A stretch of DNA of 64,000 nucleotides, taken from a bacterium (lineage in GTDB: Bacteria; Patescibacteriota; Dojkabacteria; SC72). The translations under genes were made by a program, and so were the position numbers. The stretch lies in assembly GCA_021107795.1 (NCBI GenBank), contig JAIOSB010000021.1, positions 5,249-69,248 on the forward strand. Direction: 5' to 3'. The notes beneath the pieces are model-generated. The model was not told where the DNA came from. It saw only the letters and a list, made by a program, of their open reading frames with translations, and searched no databases. Below, in pieces: positions 48,266-58,283 of the stretch. Each line of letters starts with the position of its first letter. Position 1 is the first letter of the stretch.

Positions 48266-49199
48266 TCTCCTCTCTAAGCATATCTAATGAATCTTCCAAA
48301 TATGTAGACAAAAGAATGGTAGGTTGACCTGTTGCCTTTCTAAACTCCTCTTCCTTGTCCTTTGCTTGTTCAGGAGAAAAAATATCTGACTTAGTCAAGA
48401 CAACTATCTCCTCCATATCATAGAGTGTAGTAGAAATTCTTTTAAATTCTTCACGCATACTTTTGTATCTTTCAACAAGATCTTCGTTTTCTAAGCTAAT
48501 ACAATGTATAAGTAATTGAGAATATTTCGTATGCTTGAGAAATCTAGTACCCACGCCTTTCCCCTCAGAAGTCCCCTCTATTAATCCTGGCAAGTCCATT
48601 AACTTAATATACCCATCCATCACTGCCATTTGTGGCTCAAGAGTAGTAAATTCATAAGAAGCAACTTTGTAGCGGGCCCTAGTCAGAGCATTGATGATGC
48701 TAGACTTCCCAGCATTAGGATAACCAAGCAGAATAGCTTCAGTTTTGAGATTTAATTCCAACCTAATATCCAAATCTTCCCCCTTAGTAGCTCTTTTGCG
48801 AGACAGCTTACCATCCCAACCCTCACCCCTTAATGTGAAATTCCCTAAACCACCTTCTCCTCCTGTTAGAATAGGGAATTCCTGCTTGTCCTCCTCTATA
48901 CTCACAACCTCTTTCCCTGCCATATCATATACCTTGGTAACCAAAGGAACATTTAACCTCAATGGAGCTCCATCCTTACCATGTTTGCAATAGGTATCTC
49001 CTCGATCTCCATTATCTGCTTTGTATGTATGGTTAGAATCAAACTTGGAAAGATCATACACATTTATATTACCAACAATAACTACACTTGCTCCCTTCCC
49101 ACCATCTCCACCATATGCTTTACCACGATTATCAAACGATATTAGCCCCTCTCCACCATCCCCAGATTTAATTTTTATCTTTTTCTCATCTATTAACAT
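48234..49199 (-). CDS. obgE: Obg family GTPase
   Basis: Gly-rich Obg fold (SGDGGEG, GGDGGKG), GYPNAGKS, YEFTTLEP, DLPG, TKSD. Confidence 0.95.
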   Translation of the reverse strand: MLIDEKKIKIKSGDGGEGLISFDNRGKAYGGDGGKGASVVIVGNINVYDLSKFDSNHTYKADNGDRGDTYCKHGKDGAPLRLNVPLVTKVYDMAGKEVVSIEEDKQEFPILTGGEGGLGNFTLRGEGWDGKLSRKRATKGEDLDIRLELNLKTEAILLGYPNAGKSSIINALTRARYKVASYEFTTLEPQMAVMDGYIKLMDLPGLIEGTSEGKGVGTRFLKHTKYSQLLIHCISLENEDLVERYKSMREEFKRISTTLYDMEEIVVLTKSDIFSPEQAKDKEEEFRKATGQPTILLSTYLEDSLDMLREEIKSRLDSQKK

Positions 49200-49285
49200 A
49201 GAGATATTCTAGCATATATAACTCTTTTTGACTTTGAATATATGAAATGATAGTCTGAAAGACATAAACTCAATCTTGTCGCCCC

Positions 49286-50986
49286 ATGTCTGAATCAAGA
49301 TTAATAATCAAATTTGGAGGAGAATCAGGCCAAGGTATAAACACCTTGGGACAAATTCTAAGTAAATCGATAAAAGAGAGCGGATTTTACAACTTTGCAT
49401 ACAGAGAATACCCCTCATTAATAAAAGGTGGAGTTGCATCATACCAAATAGACATCTCAGATGAACAGATAGCTTCCTCCTCTAGATATTGCAATATCCT
49501 CTCCATCCTCAGCAAAGACGCCATACACGATTACCTTCCCTCTGTTTCGCCAAACGGAGTAGTAATCTACAACAAAGAAGATCTAGAGCTTTCACAAGAG
49601 GAAAACAACTACATCAAAGAAAACAATATTACCCTCATATCACTAGACACTATCAAAATGGCACTAGAGGTCCAAGGGATTGAATTAATGGCCAATATGG
49701 TTCTTCTAGGATTCATCTGGAAGCTCTTAGGCCTTGACACCAAGCCATTAGAAGAAATCGTGAGAGATACATTCAAGGATAAGAATGTAGATTTAGAAGC
49801 AGAGATAAGGTGTGCCATGGTAGGATATAATTCTAACCAGATAAAAAATGATGTTCTTAAACCAATCACATTCAAACCCAAAATGAAGTGGAAAGACTCT
49901 CTTAACATTACGGGGAATGAGGCTGTAGCACTAGGAGCAATATCTGCAGGCTGTAGAGCATTTTACGCATACCCAATGACTCCAGCGACTTCAATATTCA
50001 AATATCTGGGGGATACATATAAAAAAACGGGGATTCTCATCAAACAAGCAGAAAACGAAATAACTGCTGCTCAACTAGTCATGGGGAGTATGAATATGGG
50101 AACTAGAGCAATGACAGCAACCTCAGGAGGAGGATTTGACCTAATGACAGAAACAATATCATGTGCAGGAATATCAGAAACCCCGATGGTAATTGTTCTA
50201 GCCCAAAGAGTAGGTGCAGGTACAGGAGTACCTACATGGACTGGAGCAGGAGATCTTTCACTTGCACTACACGGAGGACACGGAGAATTCCCAAGATGCA
50301 TAATGTCAGTAAGCAACCCTCAGGATGCCTACACCTTAACTCAAGAAGCATTCAATATTGCTGAGACTTACCAAATACCCGTAATACTTCTTACAGACAA
50401 ACAGATCGCGGAATCGATCTTTAATATAAAAGATCTGCCTAAGCCAATTGATATTGAAAGAGGAATTAGTAACGGAGAATATAGATATGAGATAACAGAC
50501 AGCGGGATTTCCCCTAGATGGATACCATCCATTAACAACCCTACATACTTACAAACTAGTGACGAGCATAACATCACTGGCGAAAGTACAGAACAATCCA
50601 ATGATATCGTAGAGATGTCGGACAAGCGCCTAAGGAAAGTAGAAACACTCCGTGAACAAATAAGGGAACCTGAATATTTTGGAAGTAAAAATCCAGACAT
50701 TGTATTTGTAGGATACGGAAGTGCAGGAAATACCGTCGGGGATACCCTCAAAAGACACCCTGATGTAGGATATCTTCACTACCAATACATATACCCTCTT
50801 AAATATGAGAAGATAATTGAGATTGACGGAAAAGGAGCAAGGATCGTACTTATCGAAAATAATCAGACTGGAGATTTTGGTAAACTAATTAAACAAGAAA
50901 GTGGATTTGAAATTACCGAAAGAATACTAAAATATGATGGCAGGCCACTCTTTCTTGAAGATATCTTAAATTTCTTAAACGATTAA
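49286..50986 (+). CDS. 2-oxoacid:ferredoxin oxidoreductase alpha subunit (gamma-alpha fusion)
   Basis: GGESGQGI, EYPSLIKGG, GNEAVALGA, YPMTPAT, QAENEI, TATSGGG, YDGRP. Confidence 0.95.
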   Translation: MSESRLIIKFGGESGQGINTLGQILSKSIKESGFYNFAYREYPSLIKGGVASYQIDISDEQIASSSRYCNILSILSKDAIHDYLPSVSPNGVVIYNKEDLELSQEENNYIKENNITLISLDTIKMALEVQGIELMANMVLLGFIWKLLGLDTKPLEEIVRDTFKDKNVDLEAEIRCAMVGYNSNQIKNDVLKPITFKPKMKWKDSLNITGNEAVALGAISAGCRAFYAYPMTPATSIFKYLGDTYKKTGILIKQAENEITAAQLVMGSMNMGTRAMTATSGGGFDLMTETISCAGISETPMVIVLAQRVGAGTGVPTWTGAGDLSLALHGGHGEFPRCIMSVSNPQDAYTLTQEAFNIAETYQIPVILLTDKQIAESIFNIKDLPKPIDIERGISNGEYRYEITDSGISPRWIPSINNPTYLQTSDEHNITGESTEQSNDIVEMSDKRLRKVETLREQIREPEYFGSKNPDIVFVGYGSAGNTVGDTLKRHPDVGYLHYQYIYPLKYEKIIEIDGKGARIVLIENNQTGDFGKLIKQESGFEITERILKYDGRPLFLEDILNFLND

Positions 50987-50988
50987 AT

Positions 50989-51843
50989 ATGCCAATACCA
51001 ATCACACAATACAATAATGAAGTGAAACCAACATGGTGTAAAGGTTGTGGTAACTATGCAATTCATATCGCTATCAAAAAAGCACTTGGAGAGCTGGATA
51101 TTGCCCCTAACCAAACACTCATCACCTTTGATATAGGGTGTAGTGGAAATGGAGCAGACAAGATTAATGTAAACGCCTTCAAAGGACTGCATGGAAGATC
51201 TATACCACTAGCCATAGGCTCACACCTTGCAAATAGAAAGATAACGGTACTTGCCACCATTGGAGATGGTGGATGCTTACATGAAGGACTGGACCATCTA
51301 ATACATGCCATTAGAAGTAATTATGACATTACAATACTAATTCACAACAACCAAAACTTCGCACTTACAACAGGGCAAGCAACAGCTACAACACTAGAAG
51401 GGAAGGAAATGTACGGACTCCCAGATGGAAGACCCGAAAGAGAGATTAATATAGGGGAGCTAGTACTAAGCAGTAAACCAAGTTTCTTTGCGAGAGGATA
51501 CTCTGGAGACCCACTGCAGCTTACGGACATATTTAAGGCTGCAATAAAGCACAAAGGATGTAGCGTAGTAGAAATTATGCAAACATGCCCTACATACAAT
51601 AGAGAGTCATCACTAGAATGGTTTACAGAAAGGATAGAGAAGCTTGAAAAACCTCTTCTCACTATTAACGATGCTAGAGATACAGTACTTATGCACGAAA
51701 AGATCAAAACAGGTATAATATATACAGACAACTCAATCCCAACCTTTTACGATAGGTTAGAAAATAGGAAGAATTCGACAACAGAATTAATTGACGAAGT
51801 AAAACAATATGATATATCTAAACTCCTTGAAGATTTTAAATAA
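50989..51843 (+). CDS. 2-oxoacid:ferredoxin oxidoreductase beta subunit
   Basis: WCKGCGN, IGCSG, LHGR, TPP-binding GDGG...NN, QTCPTY. Confidence 0.95.
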   Translation: MPIPITQYNNEVKPTWCKGCGNYAIHIAIKKALGELDIAPNQTLITFDIGCSGNGADKINVNAFKGLHGRSIPLAIGSHLANRKITVLATIGDGGCLHEGLDHLIHAIRSNYDITILIHNNQNFALTTGQATATTLEGKEMYGLPDGRPEREINIGELVLSSKPSFFARGYSGDPLQLTDIFKAAIKHKGCSVVEIMQTCPTYNRESSLEWFTERIEKLEKPLLTINDARDTVLMHEKIKTGIIYTDNSIPTFYDRLENRKNSTTELIDEVKQYDISKLLEDFK

Positions 51844-53948
51844 TGAATGAAAATATCCTGAACCCTAAATCTATTGCCATAGTTGGAGCATCAACCAATC
51901 CAAAGAAGATATCAACCATTATTCTCCAAAACTTAATTGGTGGAGGATATAACGGCAAGGTATACCCAGTAAACCCAAAATATGAAGAAGTTTTGGGTAG
52001 AAAATCATATTCTAACATTCTTGCGATAAAAGAAGATTTAGACCAAGTATGTATCGCCATACCTGCTCACCTAGTAGAAGAGGTAATAGACCAATGTATA
52101 GAAAAGAAAGTCCAGTCTGTCATCATCATCTCTGCAGGTTTTAAAGAAACAGGAGAGGAAGGAATTCTCTTAGAGCAACGAATAGCTACAAAACTTAAGG
52201 ACGCAAAAATCCGATTAATTGGCCCAAACTCCTTAGGGTACATCAACAACAACGAAAACATAAATCTATCCTTTGCTCGCAAGAACACAGGGAAGGGGAA
52301 TATAGCCTTTATTTCCCAATCAGGGGCCTTCTGTACAGCGATTCTAGATATGGCATATGAAGATAACTTCGGATTCTCTAACATAATATCAATTGGTAAT
52401 AAGGCAGATATCTTTGAAAACGAATTGATAGAGATGTTTCAAAATGATAGTAATACCACTGCAATAGCACTTTACATTGAAGAATTTTCAGATGGAAAAG
52501 AATTTGTAAAACTAGCACAACAATCAAAGAAACCTATCATTGTAATTGCACCTGGAAGCTCCGAGAAAGCAAAAGAAGCAATATCCTCTCATACAGGATC
52601 TTTGGCTAGTTCATATGAGACTACTTCGACAGCGATTAGCAAAGGAAATACTATTCTTGCTGAAAATTCTGTACAACTCTACAACCTTATGAAATTAATC
52701 AGCTACAAGAAAATACCTAAAGGGAAAAAGATTGCAGTTGTCTCTAATGCAGGAGGGCCAGGTATCATAGCTACTGACAATATAGAGAAGTACGGACTTA
52801 CCCTATCTGAACTCGGGGAGAAGACAACCAAGAAATTACTAAATGCACTTCCATCGGCCTCCAGTATGCGCAACCCTGTCGATATTTTAGGAGACGCATT
52901 GTCCGATCGATATGAGCAAGCAATTTCTGTTTGTGAGAATGATAAGGAAGTAGATTGTATTTTGGTAATCCTTACACCTCAACTCATTACCGATATCATT
53001 GGGACTGCTGAGAAGATTGTTAAGATACAGAACAAGACATCTAAACCCATTTTTGCATGCTTTTTAGGTAAACACGATATCAAGAGTGGAGTAAATCTAC
53101 TAAATGAGTACAATATATATAGCTCTAGCAATATAGAAGCTACAATAAGAATAATTAGCAAATTGGTCAAATACAATAGTGATAGTGTAAATAAGGATAT
53201 AGTAGAGGTTAAAGATATTAAAACATCTTCAAAATATATAACGGATATAAAGGATTCCCTATCATCCGAAACCATTATCCTCCCTGATGATATTACAGAA
53301 AACATTCTTAAGGAGCACAATATTGCAATACCAGAACAAATCATAACTCCTCATATTGAAAATGCAATTGAATTTGCAGTGAACAGGTTTCCGGTAGTGA
53401 TTAAAGCAACCTCGAAAGATCTTGCACATAAAACTGATGTAAAAGCGGTCTATGTAGATATTAGAACAATCTCAGAGTTTGAATCAAAGTTCTATGAGCT
53501 AAGAGAGGTCATCTCTAAAGTAACAGGTACTACCTCTCCAGAGATTTTAGTACAAGAAATGGTAGAGAGCAATTCAGAGATTTTTATTGGAGCCAATAGG
53601 GAAGGAGATAGTCGAATATATGAAGATGATGGGAAAGGGTTTGGTCACCTCTTAGCAATTGGACAGGGAGGTATATACACAGAGGTTTACAAGGATATAG
53701 AGCATGTATTACTTCCTACAAGTAGAGAAGATATCTTGGAAGCAGTTAATAGAACTAGGCTGTCAAAAATAATTGATGGGTATAGGGGAAGACCTCTATT
53801 AGCTAAAGAGAAGCTCTTGGATATGATGGAAAGTATTCAGAGATTGCTAATATCGTACCCACAGATAATTAGTATGGATATCAACCCTGTAATGCTTACA
53901 GAGGAGAAGGTCGTAGCAGTAGACACTAAAATATATATCAAAGACTAG
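51843..53948 (+). CDS. Acetate/acyl-CoA ligase (ADP-forming), fused alpha-beta
   Basis: PKSIAIVGAS, ISAGFKE, GPNSLG, SQSGA, SHTGSLA phospho-His, NAGGPG, NPVDILGDA, HKTD, DINP. Confidence 0.93.
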   Translation: MNENILNPKSIAIVGASTNPKKISTIILQNLIGGGYNGKVYPVNPKYEEVLGRKSYSNILAIKEDLDQVCIAIPAHLVEEVIDQCIEKKVQSVIIISAGFKETGEEGILLEQRIATKLKDAKIRLIGPNSLGYINNNENINLSFARKNTGKGNIAFISQSGAFCTAILDMAYEDNFGFSNIISIGNKADIFENELIEMFQNDSNTTAIALYIEEFSDGKEFVKLAQQSKKPIIVIAPGSSEKAKEAISSHTGSLASSYETTSTAISKGNTILAENSVQLYNLMKLISYKKIPKGKKIAVVSNAGGPGIIATDNIEKYGLTLSELGEKTTKKLLNALPSASSMRNPVDILGDALSDRYEQAISVCENDKEVDCILVILTPQLITDIIGTAEKIVKIQNKTSKPIFACFLGKHDIKSGVNLLNEYNIYSSSNIEATIRIISKLVKYNSDSVNKDIVEVKDIKTSSKYITDIKDSLSSETIILPDDITENILKEHNIAIPEQIITPHIENAIEFAVNRFPVVIKATSKDLAHKTDVKAVYVDIRTISEFESKFYELREVISKVTGTTSPEILVQEMVESNSEIFIGANREGDSRIYEDDGKGFGHLLAIGQGGIYTEVYKDIEHVLLPTSREDILEAVNRTRLSKIIDGYRGRPLLAKEKLLDMMESIQRLLISYPQIISMDINPVMLTEEKVVAVDTKIYIKD

Positions 53949-55525
53949 CTGTCTAACAACCTCTTACTCTCTTCAATATCGCTCCATTCATGCTCTACAC
54001 TCTCAAAACAAAGAGATTTCTCATGTGCCTTTCCTGTGATAATAACCAGATCTCCATCCTCTGCTAACTCAAAAGCCCTCGATATTGCATCTCTCCTTAC
54101 TTCTACATCCTTCGTATCATCATCAAATCTAATAAGCTCTCCACTATCACTACCCCCATCTCTCCAACCCCTCTCAATCTCATCATTAATATCTTTCAAC
54201 CTCTCGCTCCTTGGATCCTCTGCAGTCAATATTGTAATATCAGCCAACTCATTAGAAAACTTACCCATAGGATAGCGCTTAGAAGGATCTCTCATCCCTG
54301 CACAACCAAATACATGGATAACCTTCCCCTTAGTTAATCCTCTTACACTCTCCAAAACCTCTTTAGTAGAATTAGCAGTATGGGCAAAATCAACAAACAC
54401 TTTAAAAGGACCCTCTTGCACAAGCTCCATCCTTCCACTCACTGTCTCAAAGTCTTTAATAGAATTAACAATATTCTCAAGATCTAGTTCTTCATTCAAA
54501 CAACTCCCACAAGCGGCTAGAAAGTTGCTTACATTGTAAATACCATAAATAGGGATATGTACATCAGCCTTCTCCTTACCAACTAACACTTTGAATTCTA
54601 AACCATCTCTATCCTTAATATCCTTGGCAAAGATAGTAGCAGACTTATCACTAACGCTATATTCCATATTCCTACCCATTGAGATACCACTTAGATAATC
54701 ATATGATTTGTCATCTCTATTCAAAACGATTACTGTATCTGGAGTAGTATGCTCCTTAATCAAGAGACCCTTAGAATGCAAGTAATTATCCCAAGTTTTG
54801 TGATAGTCAAGATGCTCACTAGTAATATTAGTATATGTAACTGTATCAAATTTAAGACCAGCAATCCTTCCCTGCTCCAAGCCATGAGAAGTAGCCTCCA
54901 AGACTAAGTGTGTACAATTAGCCTCTATTGCCATATTAATTAATCTCAGAAGTTCTTGTGATGTAGGAGTCGTAGTATGAAAACCAGTATCGATTTCCTC
55001 ATCACCAATAATGGCGGATACTGTACTAATCAGTGCAGGTTTAAATCCATTCTTTTTGAGAATATGGGAAATCATTGTACAAGTAGTAGTCTTACCATCA
55101 GTACCAGTAACTCCGATCAATCTCAAATTCTTTACATCAAGAGAGTAGAGTGGAGCAATATCTGACTCAAAGAATGCCTCTACTTGATTCCCTCCCAAAA
55201 GATCATCCTCGAAATCGTTGATGATAGATTTGTACATCTCTCCAACCTCATAACCATCAATATCACAATTTAACACCTGTATATCTTTCAGGATATTTTC
55301 TGGCAGACTATGTGTATAGATATAGTAGGAGGTATCAAAAACTTCTGTAGGATTACTGTAAGTAATTACTGCACCCATTTTCTCCAACTCCTTTGTCTTA
55401 TCATTTTCGCTAATATCGAAACCTACAACATTTACACCACATAAGAGCAAAAACTTAGCGATGTAGTAAGCACCACTACCACCTATACCTACGATTGTTA
55501 CACTTTCAACTTCATATCTATTCAT
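53945..55525 (-). CDS. murE: UDP-MurNAc-dipeptide:diamino acid ligase MurE with an atypical MurC-like N-terminal domain
   Basis: GVTGTDGKTTT, TTP, EATSHG, EHLDYH, DFAHT, FGCAG-RD-SKR, EDPR, GKAHE; N-terminal VGIGGSG. Confidence 0.88.
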   Translation of the reverse strand: MNRYEVESVTIVGIGGSGAYYIAKFLLLCGVNVVGFDISENDKTKELEKMGAVITYSNPTEVFDTSYYIYTHSLPENILKDIQVLNCDIDGYEVGEMYKSIINDFEDDLLGGNQVEAFFESDIAPLYSLDVKNLRLIGVTGTDGKTTTCTMISHILKKNGFKPALISTVSAIIGDEEIDTGFHTTTPTSQELLRLINMAIEANCTHLVLEATSHGLEQGRIAGLKFDTVTYTNITSEHLDYHKTWDNYLHSKGLLIKEHTTPDTVIVLNRDDKSYDYLSGISMGRNMEYSVSDKSATIFAKDIKDRDGLEFKVLVGKEKADVHIPIYGIYNVSNFLAACGSCLNEELDLENIVNSIKDFETVSGRMELVQEGPFKVFVDFAHTANSTKEVLESVRGLTKGKVIHVFGCAGMRDPSKRYPMGKFSNELADITILTAEDPRSERLKDINDEIERGWRDGGSDSGELIRFDDDTKDVEVRRDAISRAFELAEDGDLVIITGKAHEKSLCFESVEHEWSDIEESKRLLDS

Positions 55526-56855
55526 TTGTTATGCTCATCAATTTAAAAATATCTTTCAAGTCTCCAGCACTAGCAAAGACGATTACATATTCACTACCAA
55601 ACCCTTTAAGAAGGTTAGCTGTATTTTCGAAATCCTTCGTATATCGAATATCCTTCTTAATATTCTCTTCTTTCAAATACTTTACAAATTCTTCGTCAGA
55701 CATACTCTCCCTATACTCCTTAGGCTCCCTTGCAGGGACATAGATATTGGGTATGAAGACAATATCTGCATCATCTAAACTCTTAGCAAACTCTTTCTTA
55801 AACGAAATACTCCTCTCTACACTATGTGGTTGCCATACAAATACAATCTTCTTCTTAGGGTGCATCTCCTTTGTTCCCTGTAAACAAGCAGATATCTTCT
55901 CTGGATTGTGAGCGTAATCAAGATATACTTCACTACCATGCTCACTCTTCCCTATATACTCAAATCTAGAAGAAATACCTGGGAAATCACCTATATCAGG
56001 AAATATTCCCAAGGATTTTGCTACACCACACATTCTAAACACGTTCTCCTTGTTGTGCTTGCCGTGCAATCCTGCATCGACCTCTTCATACACTCCTTCA
56101 ATATCTTTACAATCAATTACCTTTACATCTAAATCCCGGAGCACCTCAGAAGTATTCTTACCTCTACTATCAATAACAACACTGTTTGTAGAATTACCTA
56201 CAAACTCCTTAAAAGCACTATTATAATCCTCCTGACTTTTGTAGTAATCAGTATGATCTAATCCAATATTTGTAATTACAGATATATATGGAGCAGGGAC
56301 TCTATCGATAAACTGCCTTTTGTACTCGCAACTCTCTACTACGAGATATTCGCTGTCTAAATTGTAGTTATATGACTTATCAATCTCCAATATATTATCT
56401 CCAATCACAAAATTTGGTAACTCCCTATACTCCTTGTAGAGCATCCAAGTAACCAATGCCGAGGTAGTAGTCTTACCATGAGTACCGGCAATAGCGATTG
56501 TTTTGAAGTTCTTACTAATCACACCAAATATCTCAGGGAGTGTAATGGTAGGTATACCCAATCCCTCTGCTTTTGAACACTCAGGGTTACCTGGTATAGG
56601 GCCGTTGGGGAATATGACAAGATCTAAATCTTCTGTAATGTACTTTGCACTATGTCCCCCTTCATACAATATTCCTCTTTCAATCCATTTTTTAGCAATA
56701 GGGTTGTCTTGATTGACCTCTGACGCTGTTACTTGTACTCCCATATTAAGAAGGTGTGTGGCAACAAAACTACTAAAACCAGAACATATTCCAATGGTGT
56801 GGACTTTCTTCAAATCTTCAAGCTTTAAATTCTTAACCTCTTCTTTAGTAAGCAT
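55518..56855 (-). CDS. murC: UDP-MurNAc:L-alanine ligase
   Basis: IAGTHGKTTTS, VESCEY, TNIGLDHTDYY, DYAHNP, WQPH, SAGD. Confidence 0.88.
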   Translation of the reverse strand: MLTKEEVKNLKLEDLKKVHTIGICSGFSSFVATHLLNMGVQVTASEVNQDNPIAKKWIERGILYEGGHSAKYITEDLDLVIFPNGPIPGNPECSKAEGLGIPTITLPEIFGVISKNFKTIAIAGTHGKTTTSALVTWMLYKEYRELPNFVIGDNILEIDKSYNYNLDSEYLVVESCEYKRQFIDRVPAPYISVITNIGLDHTDYYKSQEDYNSAFKEFVGNSTNSVVIDSRGKNTSEVLRDLDVKVIDCKDIEGVYEEVDAGLHGKHNKENVFRMCGVAKSLGIFPDIGDFPGISSRFEYIGKSEHGSEVYLDYAHNPEKISACLQGTKEMHPKKKIVFVWQPHSVERSISFKKEFAKSLDDADIVFIPNIYVPAREPKEYRESMSDEEFVKYLKEENIKKDIRYTKDFENTANLLKGFGSEYVIVFASAGDLKDIFKLMSITNE

Positions 56856-56857
56856 AT

Positions 56858-58231
56858 CTATTTAAGTGAATTTACATACTCAATAAACTGGTTTCCCCTG
56901 TCAAACTCATTAATAAACATATTAAAACTACTTCCACCTGGACAAAGAATTACCATATCTCCATCACTTGCTAGCTCACGAGCCTTTTCTATAGCACTAC
57001 CCATACTATCGAAATATTTCTCTACAGGGATATCGTCACTAACATACTTAGAAATCTTCTCAGAAGCACTTCCCTCAAACAAAATCAAAGATTTTAAATA
57101 GTTCTCCATATATGGTGCAATTTTACTGTAATCCATCCCTTTATCAATTCCACCAGCAATCATTACAATCTTTCCTTTGTTACCTTCTCCAAACCTATCA
57201 AACATCGCTATTACTGACTGTACAGCAGTAGCACATGTATCATTGTAGTATTTAACACCCTTAAAATCGCGTACAAACTCCTGCCTATGACTAACTCCAC
57301 GAAAAGATTGTACTACTGACACTATCTTCTCAACAGAAAGATCATATATCCGAACTACAGCGATAGCGCAAAGGATGTTGTAGAAATTGTGTTCACCCTC
57401 AAGAATTAAATCTTCTAACTGAAGTAAGATGTTCCCATTTTCAAACACCCTAAGATTCTCATCCATGTAGTAGCTAGCATCGCTATCCTTCATACTAATT
57501 GTAATTACCTTTCCTTTTGCCTCATTTACAAATGCACGGACTGTAGCATCATCATCAATATTTAGAACAAGGTAATCATCACTCCCTTGGTGTAAAAAGA
57601 TATTCTTTTTAGCTTCAATATACTCTTCCATACTTCCATGCCAATCAAGATGATCACTAAATATATTTGTAATCACCGCTATATGAGGAGACACTCTAGA
57701 CTCTCCCATACCATCTAACTGGAAGCTTGAGAGTTCTAGAACCGAGATGTTGTTCTTGTTTAAGCCAGGTAGTTCTCTAATTGCGCTTTTACCAATATTT
57801 CCACCAAGAAGGACCTTTTCTTCATACTTACTCTTAAATAACTCATATATTAGTGTCGTAGTAGTTGATTTCCCTTTAGTCCCAGTAATCCCAACTATTG
57901 GAGTAGGTGAGAGCTTATGAAAAAGAGCCATTTGAGTTACAATTTCTTTTCCAGCATCTCTAGCAATCTTTAAATATTTGTTGTTGGGTTTAATAGCGGG
58001 GTTTCGAACAATGATATCATTTTCAACAAAGTCACTTTCCAAATGACCACCTAGGTGATATGTGATATTGGGATAGGTAGAGAGTCTTTTAAGTGGTTCT
58101 TTTAGTTCTTCCTCACTCTTACCATCTGTAATGGTAACTTTAGCTCCTTGTTCCAAGAAATATTCGGTCATACCCAATCCACCGTCATTGAGTCCTAGTC
58201 CGAAGATTAGTACTTTTTTATTTGTAAACAT
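56858..58231 (-). CDS. murD: UDP-MurNAc-L-Ala:D-glutamate ligase
   Basis: GLG...G, ITGTKGKSTT, GGNIG, LELSSFQL, DHLDWH, YYNDT.AT, GGIDKG, PGGSSFNMF. Confidence 0.95.
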   Translation of the reverse strand: MFTNKKVLIFGLGLNDGGLGMTEYFLEQGAKVTITDGKSEEELKEPLKRLSTYPNITYHLGGHLESDFVENDIIVRNPAIKPNNKYLKIARDAGKEIVTQMALFHKLSPTPIVGITGTKGKSTTTTLIYELFKSKYEEKVLLGGNIGKSAIRELPGLNKNNISVLELSSFQLDGMGESRVSPHIAVITNIFSDHLDWHGSMEEYIEAKKNIFLHQGSDDYLVLNIDDDATVRAFVNEAKGKVITISMKDSDASYYMDENLRVFENGNILLQLEDLILEGEHNFYNILCAIAVVRIYDLSVEKIVSVVQSFRGVSHRQEFVRDFKGVKYYNDTCATAVQSVIAMFDRFGEGNKGKIVMIAGGIDKGMDYSKIAPYMENYLKSLILFEGSASEKISKYVSDDIPVEKYFDSMGSAIEKARELASDGDMVILCPGGSSFNMFINEFDRGNQFIEYVNSLK

Positions 58232-58283
58232 ATTGTTACATCATATACTGAAATATATAAAATTTGAAGTGGCAGAGAGTGAG

